Positions 53,323 to 64,000 of a stretch of DNA of 64,000 nt are shown here, in pieces; position 1 is the first letter of the stretch; each line of letters begins with the position of its first letter. The DNA comes from Paraspadella gotoi. Taxonomy: Eukaryota > Animalia > Chaetognatha. Both the position numbers and the translations under genes were made by a program. The notes beneath the pieces were generated by a model. That model saw only the letters and a list, made by a program, of their open reading frames with translations. It did not search any database and was not told where the DNA came from. The stretch spans positions 19,147,642 to 19,211,641 of the forward strand of contig CM119265.1 in assembly GCA_051294375.1 (NCBI GenBank), in the 5' to 3' direction.

Positions 53323-53500
53323 CCGACGCGGCACCCTCTTTCCCTGCTGCTGCTGCGGGGCATGCTGCGCCCTTTTCCCTTCGTCCCGTCCGCGGCGGCG
53401 CCCTCCGCCGGCCGCTTCCGGCGCCGCCCCGCTACTCGAGCGTGAGCGCCCCGTCAGTGACTCGTGGAAGAGCGCCATTTTGAGCCGGAAAGGCCTGCGT
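53323..53500. promoter_or_regulatory. GC/CpG-rich island, promoter-like
   Basis: Locally very GC-rich, with ETS core CTTCCGG (53415-53421) and YY1/Pho-type CGCCATTTTG (53473-53482). The left edge is lost in a gap. Confidence 0.3.
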
Positions 53501-53704
53501 CGGACTTACATGTTAATTCTACAAATTTTACAAACTTATTGCATTTATCAGCTTACCAGCTTATGTATTTAGTAGTAGTAATTTAATATCTTGTAGTAGT
53601 TTTGAATTCCCATGGCAAGTTTTAGAGTCCATCAACCTGTCCAGTGGCCACCATACTTCCCCAATCCTCTTACATCTCCACCCAGCACCCGTCGTCTTTC
53701 CCTC

Positions 53705-53750
53705 GTCGCCATGGAAACAAAGCGCCGGAATTCAAAAGAAGAAGGTGAGT
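53705..53750 (+). other. RFX X-box match and/or candidate short first coding exon (METKRRNSKEE)
   Basis: GTCGCCATGGAAAC fits the X-box consensus GTHNYYATRRNAAC and also contains Kozak GCCATGG. A consensus donor AAG|GTGAGT follows 34 nt after the ATG. No downstream exon was identified. Confidence 0.25.
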
Positions 53751-54497
53751 CGACGCCGCTGCCCCCTACAAAGGCCATCAGGCGCGGCGGTCGCGGTAGG
53801 TAAGTTCGTAAGATTACTACAAAGTTTTAAAATTTATTATAAGAAATTCATTAGCTTGTAAAAAAGTTAAAAACTTTACTATACATTAAACAAAAACTAA
53901 CGATAATTTGTTTTGACTATATAATAGAAATAAACTAAATAAAGCGAGGCGGAAAAGTTCAAACGGGATCACTGCTCGCGTCTTGGTTCTCGTAGTTCAG
54001 AAGTTGTTTCACCCGTTCAAGGGAACCTCCTATCATCTTGGGACGGGACCCCAAGCGACATAAAAGAGAANNNNNNNNNNNNNNNNNNNNNNNNNNNNNN
54101 NNNNNNNNNNNNNNNNNNNNNNNNNNNNNNNNNNNNNNNNNNNNNNNNNNNNNNNNNNNNNNNNNNNNNNNNNNNNNNNNNNNNNNNNNNNNNNNNNNNN
54201 NNNNNNNNNNNNNNNNNNNNNNNNNNNNNNNNNNNNNNNNNNNNNNNNNNNNNNNNNNNNNNNNNNNNNNNNNNNNNNNNNNNNNNNNNNNNNNNNNNNN
54301 NNNNNNNNNNNNNNNNNNNNNNNNNNNNNNNNNNNNNNNNNNNNNNNNNNNNNNNNNNNNNNNNNNNNNNNNNNNNNNNNNNNNNNNNNNNGATTATCAT
54401 TATGGGAAATAATGATAGAAATGGATAGGAAAGGGCTCAGCACTATTTATAATTTAAATTTCTTATATAACTATAAGAGTTTAGAGACGAAGAAACA

Positions 54498-54503
54498 TTT
54501 ATT
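54498..54503 (-). promoter_or_regulatory. Candidate polyadenylation signal AATAAA
   Basis: About 120 nt downstream of the predicted TGA (54628-54626), in AT-rich 3' sequence where the hexamer can also occur by chance. Confidence 0.35.
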
Positions 54504-54625
54504 AATCCAAACAAAGATTTGAAAATTTTGCTTATGAATTAAGATATTGAATTTTATATTTTTATATAAGAATCACCCAGCTCCAACACCATCTCTTCCG
54601 GCATTGACGCCGCCCAACTACCACT

Positions 54626-55191
54626 TCAGTGCTCAAACAACGCCGCCTCAACTCTGCGATAATTTTTCCCTGCGACCCCGATGCGCCGACCTCCCCGACG
54701 TGAGGGGAACTTAATGGAAATGTTCCTGCCTTTTCCGAGTCCAGCTTCTTTGGCGTTTTTGTTCCTGTCGATCTTTTCGCACCTGAGATCGATCAAGACG
54801 CTTTTCCTCGAGGCCTCCGCCTTATTGTAGTCGCAGTCGCGACAATCGTCCGTGCAGATTGAGATGTTATAGCCTGTTCATTGGCGGAGGTATTTGAAAG
54901 AGATCTTGTTTTATCGGAATCAGTGAATGGGAACAACCAAAAGAAGGAACATAACTCGCCTTTCTCTCTTCCCGTGTAGAAGCAGCAGCCCTCCATGTCT
55001 TTAAATTGTCGGCAGGAATCGGCGCTCGTGCATGCATGCATTTGAGTGTCCGATGTTGGCGGCCAAGAGTCACCTCCTCTAACTCTTTTGCTTTCCGTCA
55101 TCCGCTGTAGGTTCGCCGCCAGGATGATTGAGAGCGACAGAAAAATAATAAGGAAAAAAGATACTAAGCTGATGACTGTTGATCGGTACAT
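54626..55191 (-). CDS. Putative secreted cysteine-rich protein precursor, 159 aa, join(complement 54960-55191, 54626-54873)
   Basis: Acceptor ttcttttacttttaatctttacAG ends at 55197, 5 nt before the ATG (55191). Exon A encodes MYRSTVISLVSFFLIIFLSLSIILAANLQRMTESKRVRGGDSWPPTSDTQMHACTSADSCRQFKDMEGCCFYTGREK. A phase-1 intron (AAG|GCGAGT...gaacAG, 54959-54874) follows. Exon B encodes (G)YNISICTDDCRDCDYNKAEASRKSVLIDLRCEKIDRNKNAKEAGLGKGRNISIKFPSRRGGRRIGVAGKNYRRVEAALFEH*. The N-terminus is hydrophobic, splicing gives an even number of Cys (8), AATAAA lies downstream, and the sequence is microsatellite-free. No homology search was run. Confidence 0.65.
54874..54959 (-). other. Predicted 86-nt GC-AG intron
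   Basis: Donor AAG|GCGAGT matches consensus except GC for GT. Acceptor is CAG, with an internal CTGAT branch-like motif. Splicing restores an 82-codon open frame containing 4 more Cys. The polypyrimidine tract is weak. Confidence 0.55.
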
Positions 55192-55979
55192 CCTTTCTGT
55201 AAAGATTAAAAGTAAAAGAATATGTTTATCACTGTATGTATTGAAGTGACCGAAAGGAGAGACGGTCGCCGTGCCTCTCTGACGGCGTTGATGGCTCTCA
55301 CGCTTAGTGTGCCTAGTAGGGCCGAATGACTCCGTACATAACCTTTNNNNNNNNNNNNNNNNNNNNNNNNNNNNNNNNNNNNNNNNNNNNNNNNNNNNNN
55401 NNNNNNNNNNNNNNNNNNNNNNNNNNNNNNNNNNNNNNNNNNNNNNNNNNNNNNNNNNNNNNNNNNNNNNNNNNNNNNNNNNNNNNNNNNNNNNNNNNNN
55501 NNNNNNNNNNNNNNNNNNNNNNNNNNNNNNNNNNNNNNNNNNNNNNNNNNNNNNNNNNNNNNNNNNNNNNNNNNNNNNNNNNNNNNNNNNNNNNNNNNNN
55601 NNNNNNNNNNNNNNNNNNNNNNNNNNNNNNNNNNNNNNNNNNNNNNNNNNNNNNNNNNNNNNNNNNNNNNNNNNNNNNNNNNNNNNNNNNNNNNNNNNNN
55701 NNNNNNNNNNNNNNNNNNNNNNNNNNNNNNNNNNNNNNNNNNNNNNNNNNNNNNNNNNNNNNNNNNNNNNNNNNNNNNNNNNNNNNNNNNNNNNNNNNNN
55801 NNNNNNNNNNNNNNNNNNNNNNNNNNNNNNNNNNNNNNNNNNNNNNNNNNNNNNNNNNNNNNNNNNNNNNNNNNNNNNNNNNNNNNNNNNNNNNNNNNNN
55901 NNNNNNNNNNNNNNNNNNNNNNNNNNNNNNNNNNNNNNNNNNNNNNNNNNNNNNNNNNNNNNNNNNNNNNNNNNNNNNN

Positions 55980-56010
<31 letters not shown>

Positions 56011-59000
56011 TTTGGGAATCGGATTTTTCGTTATGATGGATTGAGAGATGACGAAGATGTCGAAGGGATTCCGGGATGACGACGACGACGACGACGACGA
56101 CAACCACGAAGACGAAGACGCTTTCCTGACCTCGGAGAAATTATTGATGAAACCAGGCGGGTGGACCTCCAAGTGACCTCATAACGGCATCTGTCCCATG
56201 GACGACGACAACGACGAAGACGACGACGACAAATTCGCTCGTTTTTTGTCCCTTTCATTCCCAATGACCGTCGCACACCTACACTCGCACACAATCCAAT
56301 AAAATCGCACTCAGTGACACTCTCTCTCTCTCTCTCTCTCTCTCTNNNNNNNNNNNNNNNNNNNNNNNNNNNNNNNNNNNNNNNNNNNNNNNNNNNNNNN
56401 NNNNNNNNNNNNNNNNNNNNNNNNNNNNNNNNNNNNNNNNNNNNNNNNNNNNNNNNNNNNNNNNNNNNNNNNNNNNNNNNNNNNNNNNNNNNNNNNNNNN
56501 NNNNNNNNNNNNNNCCCCCCCTCCCCGCCCTCGTTGACTTACCAATTAACCAACTCGCTCACGCAGCGAGATCGCGAAAATTGAATCTTTACCCAAACAT
56601 ATTTTTTTTCTCTCTCTTTCTCTCCTCGTCACATAATTATTCCATCAATTTTGGCTTTTTTTTTCTCTCTCTTTCGTTTCCTTCGAATATTTCGTCGCCT
56701 GCACAGTGCACACTCCCCTGTCCCCATCCATTCAATCCCCTGTCTCCTTTCTTATTATCTCCCCCCCCATCCCCCCCTCCCCTTAATTCCGCCATCTTGT
56801 TTTTCTCGTCGTTTTGATGAACTGAGTTTGCAGTAAATCCGGTTCCATGCAGATTTCCCGCTGATCCCGCGTAAACATTCAGCAAATTAGTGCCATCGAA
56901 TTTTCTCCGCCTCGAATCTCGGGGTCCGCCCATGCTCTCCGGCCTCGAATTAGCGTCACCGCGGATCGTCAAGACCCACCGTATCACCCCACTGACCAAG
57001 TATCACCTCCCTCTCTTTCATCGGGCTTTTTCGCGATCTTCCTCTTTCCAACCCCAGCTTCATCTTTTTTTTCGACGGTGTTCGAACTCAAAATATTTAT
57101 TCACGAAACTACTCGATCCCAATCCATTCACGCTACCTCTCACGACTCACAAATTCTGCTCAGCCACCCCCTCTACCCTTTCAATTTTCCTTATCANNNN
57201 NNNNNNNNNNNNNNNNNNNNNNNNNNNNNNNNNNNNNNNNNNNNNNNNNNNNNNNNNNNNNNNNNNNNNNNNNNNNNNNNNNNNNNNNNNNNNNNNNNNN
57301 NNNNNNNNNNNNNNNNNNNNNNNNNNNNNNNNNNNNNNNNNNNNNNNNNNNNNNNNNNNNNNNNNNNNNNNNNNNNNNNNNNNNNNNNNNNNNNNNNNNN
57401 NNNNNNNNNNNNNNNNNNNNNNNNNNNNNNNNNNNNNNNNNGTCCGGACGCGCTGACGTGCGCGTGCGTGCAAGTTTGCGTGCGAATGCGCGGGCGGAAT
57501 GATTTGAATGATGTCCCCCGGATTTTTAAATGTAAAATGACAGTGACGACGACGACAACGAAAACGACGACGACGACGACAACGACGATTAATGAATTGC
57601 GCGAAACGATTTTAACGACTCCATATTCCATGCCCGAGCGATAATAACTCGACCAGATTCGAGATTCGTTAACGATTCCTAACGATTCGTTAACAAAGAA
57701 AGGCGCCATTTAAAGGGGCTCTTTGGTTCGGCTCTCGGATCTCTAAAAATGGAGGCGGCGGCGGCGGCGGCGGCGGAGGCAGCGGCGGCGAAGACGGCCA
57801 CATCTAAAAAAATCTGCGCCGGAGACGAAATGGTTTTCGGGCGACTTTTGTTTTTTACGACGTCGACGGTGATAATTGCAACGACGACGACCACAACGAC
57901 GACCACAACGACGAAAGAGACGACGAACGATTTCTCTAAAGACTCTGACGCCGTCTCCACCCATCAAGCAGCACCCTCCAGCGGTTCCTCCTCCCAAAAA
58001 CGAGAAAACCGATGACGACGACGACGACGACGCACGACGGCGATGTTTTCGACGGTCTTCTTCTTGATTTCTTGACAAAATCTCTTTGTCAGCCAATATT
58101 GTCAATATTCGTCGTCGTTCGTACAGGAATCGTAATAGAAAAGATGTCTCTCTTGACTTCCTTAAAAGGACTATGAATCCGACTAAGAGAGAGAGAAGGA
58201 GGAGAAATAAAACACACAGAAAAAAATAGTGAACCTCTCAAAATGGAATCATGTTTTTAATTATTCATTATACAATTAAATTTTGGGTAAGATTATCAAA
58301 TGCAGAAGGCACAGTTGAAAACGAAAAAATCTACAATCCAACATGCATCCTCTTCTCTNNNNNNNNNNNNNNNNNNNNNNNNNNNNNNNNNNNNNNNNNN
58401 NNNNNNNNNNNNNNNNNNNNNNNNNNNNNNNNNNNNNNNNNNNNNNNNNNNNNNNNNNNNNNNNNNNNNNNNNNNNNNNNNNNNNNNNNNNNNNNNNNNN
58501 NNNNNNNNNNNNNNNNNNNNNNNNNNNNNNNNNNNNNNNNNNNNNNNNNNNNNNNNNNNNNNNNNNNNNNNNNNNNNNNNNNNNNNNNNNNNNNNNNNNN
58601 NNNNNNNNNNNNNNNNNNNNNNNNNNNNNNNNNNNNNNNNNNNNNNNNNNNNNNNNNNNNNNNNNNNNNNNNNNNNNNNNNNNNNNNNNNNNNNNNNNNN
58701 NNNNNNNNNNNNNNNNNNNNNNNNNNNNNNNNNNNNNNNNNNNNNNNNNNNNNNNNNNNNNNNNNNNNNNNNNNNNNNNNNNNNNNNNNNNNNNNNNNNN
58801 NNNNNNNNNNNNNNNNNNNNNNNNNNNNNNNNNNNNNNNNNNNNNNNNNNNNNNNNNNNNNNNNNNNNNNNNNNNNNNNNNNNNNNNNNNNNNNNNNNNN
58901 NNNNNNNNNNNNNNNNNNNNNNNNNNNNNNNNNNNNNNNNNNNNNNNNNNNNNNNNNNNNNNACCAAAAACTTCAATGCCTTTGAAATTATCTTCTACCA

Positions 59001-60118
59001 CTTCATAAAACTGTTTCTCCCAGCAGACGACATTTAAAACCTGAGCGCTACTTCGGCCAGAAAGTCGTTGAGGACCTTATCGTCGTCACTATGTTCATTG
59101 TTCAGTCACTATGTTCACAATGACCACAATTGGCCAGTTTGTCTCGTATCAAGGACGATGAGACTTAAGAAAAACGGAACCGAATAATAATGCCAACGTC
59201 GGACGAAAGTACATACAGACTTTAAGTCTGACTTTTGCTCTCTTTTTGTCTGACTTTCCATCCGTCTGTATCTCCTTTTCTGCATTTCTCTTTTGAGTTA
59301 AAAAAAAATAAATAGGGGTAAAGGAAAAAATAAAAACAAAATAGGTTCCGTGAGAAGTGAAAGGGAGAGGGAGGAAAAAGTGGAGGAGAATGAAGGAGAC
59401 GAAGAAGAGGAAAAGGGGTAGTAATGGAAGAGGAGGAGAAGAAGGCCAAAGGGGACTGGATATCTTTTGACAGGTGCGAGAAAATTACCGAGAAACTTTT
59501 TTTTTCTTTTTTTTTGTTTTTTTTTTGCTCTCGCCGTTCATTTCTTTCGTTCTCCTTGTTTGAAAATTCCGCATCTAAGGTCGATCTTGAAGTTCGGTTT
59601 TTCGCGACATCTTGTGGAAAAGAGGGAAACTTTTTTTTTTAGAAAGAATATAAAAAGCAGAAACAAATACATAAAGACGCCAGAAATTTTTTTTAAAAAT
59701 TGGAAAAATTTAAGAGTTTTTGACTATTATTAACCAGGAATTTGGTACATTACTTCTCGAGAATTTATTTTTTACAACTATTTATTTTCCTTTATTACTT
59801 AGCTATCCTCTTTTCAATGATTCTTGTTTTAAATTTTCTTTTATCAATTTTTTTTCCCCGAGAGAAAGAGTTCCCTTAACCCTGAAGGTTTTTTCCCAGG
59901 ATCTTACCGAAAGAAAATAAAAAAAGTGGGAAAACAGGTTTATTCCCCTTTTTCAAATTTTTTTCAAAGGAAATTTTTAAAAATACAACATTTTGAGTAA
60001 ATTGAGGCGCGTCTCCGTCACCGTGACCTTTCCTTCTATTGTTTTAATCGTGATTTCGGACAGATAGAGATGAAAGGCGAGAGAGATAGAGAGGGAGATA
60101 TTTAGTGCGAAAGTGAGG

Positions 60119-60124
<6 letters not shown>

Positions 60125-60176
<52 letters not shown>

Positions 60177-60200
60177 AGAGAGAGGAGAGAGAGAGAGAGA
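60125..60200. repeat. (GA)n microsatellite
   Basis: Direct reading. Confidence 0.96.
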
Positions 60201-61884
60201 GCAGAGGACTAAAGTTCAGACAAGAATCTGCGTAAAACTAAACAGGAACGGAAGCGAAGTCTGTTACTTCGCGCCGGTAGATCTTCTTCTTTAATTGATT
60301 TCACTCCATTTACTCTCTTTTCTCTTTGCTATTCACCCATAAGCTCCTCATTCCTTACCCACTCACCCATTGACTCACCCTTTTAAACTTCGACGAAACC
60401 CCCTCTTTCATTTTTGGTCTTCGTGAACGGGAAACGTCACCAGATTCTCTTTCTCTTCTGCGTCACTGGGTCTCACATTTCCAAGGGACGAGACGCCGCG
60501 CCGCCGCCGCCGCGCCGATCTCGACGTCCACATGGGTTCTATTTCGGTCAGCATCCGACCCGCGGAACCTCTAATCTCCTTTATTGACAGATCGCGGATT
60601 TTTCGAGTTGGCGAAAATCGCGATGCCTATCTTGTTTTTTTTCTCTCTCTCCTCTCTCTCTCTCTCGATTCCGTTCGGCGGCCCCTTTATCGCGAAGAGG
60701 GGCGCGACGAATCCGCCAGATCTTCGGTCTACTGTCATCGTCGTGCGTCGTCGTTGTTGTTGTTGTCAGCGTTCTCGGCAGTTCGTTATCGACTGTAAAC
60801 TCTTAAAGCGTGAAAAACGATTGAAATTTACTATTCTCTAATTAGGGAAACCCACTGACTTTTTTATATTTGCTGCGTTTTTAGAGACGGCTGAAATTCT
60901 TAATCTCGATTGCTCATTTTGTCTTTCGTCGTCACTGTCATCGCAATTGTTAACATTCCGCATCTTCTTCTTCGCCGTCGTCGTCGTCGCCTCGTCGTTC
61001 GTCAATTATCGTAGTCGTCCCAATTTTTCCAACCATTCAAAAACCATTAATCATTTTTCTTTTTCTAGACAGATTCTGGATCCTTTATTTTTTTGGCTTT
61101 GGAGATGATGGTGGATCAGGGGTTCGTAGTTTTTAATGTTTGTATACAAATTTAACCATTAATTGATATAACTTAGCAGACTTGTAAATAAGCGAAATAG
61201 AAAAAAACCGAATCTTTATCAAACTTTTTCTCCCTTCGTCTTTTCTCGATCCCTTTTTCATTATGTATACCATACGTCTAAATTGTTTGTTTTCCTTTAT
61301 TCCTCTTTTTTTTTCTGGTTTTGAACCCGGGATTTAAATCACAGGTGCCGAAATACATATTCAAAAGTAGCGGCATTAGGAGTATCAGAAAATCTCTTCC
61401 CCCCCCCATTCGCTTTATTTTTTCCATTCATTCCCTTGGCCAAACCCAAATCCTCGGGATCTTTCATTGTCACTTTGTTCTTCGTTTAGATTGAGAAGCG
61501 CGAAAAAATGCGTCGGATTGATTTTTTTGAGGGTTAAGACTCCGCAAAAATTTAAATAAGTTTCCTTCACGATTTGGCGCTTCGAGGTCTGGATTTTAAC
61601 GTGAATCACTTAAACCTCACATGTGCAGACTTCAACACGGCTTTTGGGTTGAGATTGAAATGGTTAATTATAAATGGTAATTGGCATTCCCAGACGGGGA
61701 TTGTATTAATTGAGTTTTAGTTACACTATTTCCTTACATTTTGTCCCAAAGTAAAAGAAAATGACGTTCTCACGTCACCAACAATTTTGATTTAAAATGT
61801 CGCGAGGTCAATTCGATTCCCACAAAAAAAAAAAAACTGGGTCCTCAGCGTTTTTCAGTTTCCTTCTTGCCGACTAAAGAAAAC

Positions 61885-61943
<59 letters not shown>

Positions 61944-61995
61944 CTCTCTCTCTCTCTCTCTCTCTACTCTCTCTCTCTTTTCTCTCTCTCTCTCT
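61885..61995. repeat. Interrupted (CT)n microsatellite
   Basis: Direct reading. Confidence 0.93.
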
Positions 61996-62206
61996 CGTTT
62001 TCCCTTTTTCTTCTCGATTCTTTGCGAACTAAAAATAAAAAAATCCACCAAATCGCATTTCTGGTCTAAGATCTCCTCGAATTTCTTAAAAATCGAAGGG
62101 AAAACTTCATCCAAAATTCAATTTGCATATTGAAATAAAAAATACTCGTCGCGGCAATCCAAGACTAGCCCGAAAATGAGTCTCTCTCTCTCTCTTCTCT
62201 CTCTCT

Positions 62207-62254
<48 letters not shown>

Positions 62255-64000
62255 CCACTGTATCGAACATATTATAACGATCCTTCCGTCAGCCTTAAAA
62301 TCGGCCTTTCGCGAACACTCGCCTTGAAATGAAACTGATATTCGATTCTATTGCTCCCGGACTCTGGGAGGACGTATCGATGCGATGGCACGCTTTGACG
62401 CAAACGGCTTCGCTATTAGACGACGGAACGACGGACGACGACCGACGACGACGGACGACGACGACGACGACGACGACGGACGTTGAACTACTAGTAGCTG
62501 AGGAAAAGTCCGTTTTCCCATTAATCGTGTCGTTGTCGTCGTTCGTCCGTCGTCGTCAGTTCTCCGAGCGTGGGTAGGTAACGGCGAAATCTTATTCGGG
62601 TGGTATTTATTTTTAGCTAAGAGGAATTCTACGGGTCTTTACATCTAAATGTATCGCCATAAAACGGTTACGAGCGTACGCGATATTCATGAAGGTTCGG
62701 AACGTTAGGTGAACGCGGAGGGGGGGGTGAAATTATTTTTCAATCCGTGGACAAACCTTTCGTTCTGTAAGTGTAAGTTTGGATGGAACGGGTTATTTTA
62801 ACGGAGCTATTTGTTTACTGTTTTCTATCTTTAAATTTTTTTCTTTTAACCTGGAAAAACTTTAAATTTGTTTTATCTCTTTTTTTTTCTTTGTTCGTTT
62901 TTATTTTTTTTCTTGCGCGTTCCGAAAGGGACGGAAAAAACCCGGTGAGAGATTAACCAGGGAGAAAAGTTTGAAATCTGTGGGGTTTGGTTATAAATTC
63001 TTGTCTGTGTGTGTGTGTGAGAGAGAGAGAGAGAAGAGAGGAGAAGAGGAGAGGAGAAGAGAGAGAGAGAGGAGAGAGAGAGAGAGAAGAGATGAGGAGA
63101 TAGAGAGCGAGAGGGAGGGGGGCTTCTGGTCCTTTGCATAGAGTAAGAAAAAAGAATTTTTTATAGTTTTTCGTGGGAATCAAGAGAGTCGCGATTCATG
63201 AGGATTTGACCTCTGAGAAAGATGAGCGATTCTCTCTGTTTTCTTTTTATGTTTTTATGATAATGATTATGAGGACGATGACGATGATGAAGACGGAGAT
63301 AAGGCTGATGTCGACACGAATGTTCTGTACAATCTACATTAACTTTAAAGAAGCCCGTTTCGAAAAAAAAACCTCAAATCTAAAACGTTCTCAAACGTCA
63401 GTTATACGCCCTCTTTTTTCTCAGAAATCTCACTTTAATAGATTTTTTAATTGTAACACATACTATAACCAAAATGCTTAACTGAGGGCGGCAAAAACAG
63501 TACATCTGTACATCATCTCTCTCTTTACGCCTACAATATACATTTATCAGTTAATACTATATATTAAATAGTCTGTTGAGATTCAGTTTCGGCGTCTTCC
63601 GTCTGCTTTTTCCCCCTTTAATTTCGAGGTTGTTTTCATTTAAAAATCGAATATCATTCCGAACCAGAACGACGGAAAAAAAGGTGAATCGTTAGAGTTC
63701 AGGCCTCGCTGATCGAGTTCTTTTTCTAAAAATTGACACCGAAAAAAAGAAATAAAACAAAACTTAATTTTTTCTGTCAGTTCGAATTTAAAAATGAGAG
63801 GGAAAATCCTTCGGAATTGAAAAAAAAAGGTGATTAAAAAAAACATTGACAGAAAAACGAAGTTTATATCCTTTAAATATTTTTCCATTCTGCGACTTCC
63901 GAAAAACAAAAAAGAAGAGGGAAGGGGCGATAGGCTTCTGCGGGAGCCCCTTGGGGGGGCGTAACGATATGGAAGGGGGAGTGGAGAGTGGACCCAGGCC

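Noticed and set aside
57749-58015. 88-aa poly-Ala/poly-Thr ORF with a good start context
   Set aside because: Explained by (GGC)n and (ACG)n repeats; no independent coding evidence.
59021-59123. KPERYF, reminiscent of the cytochrome P450 PERF motif
   Set aside because: The frame stops shortly after, with no heme-binding FxxGxRxC motif or adjacent exons.

Overview
Eukaryotic, most likely invertebrate-animal, draft scaffold (inferred from composition; no taxon can be assigned). It is almost entirely non-coding, CpG is abundant, (GA/CT)n and (GAC/GTC)n microsatellites are dense, and there are 21 N-gaps. Nearly every entry in the ORF track is an N-run or microsatellite translation. The one credible gene is on the minus strand at 54626-55191: two coding exons joined by an 86-nt GC-AG intron, giving a 159-aa precursor with a signal peptide, a KR site, an 8-cysteine domain I cannot assign to a family, and a basic tail with dibasic sites. 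Two blocks (about 11.6-19.1 kb and 44.5-50.2 kb) look like noisy long-read gap fills that duplicate neighbouring sequence and each end at an exact 25-N gap; they should not be read as biology. The rest is candidate cis-regulatory motif clusters, hairpins and minisatellites. I found no CRISPR array, rRNA, intact tRNA or transposase/RT ORF.
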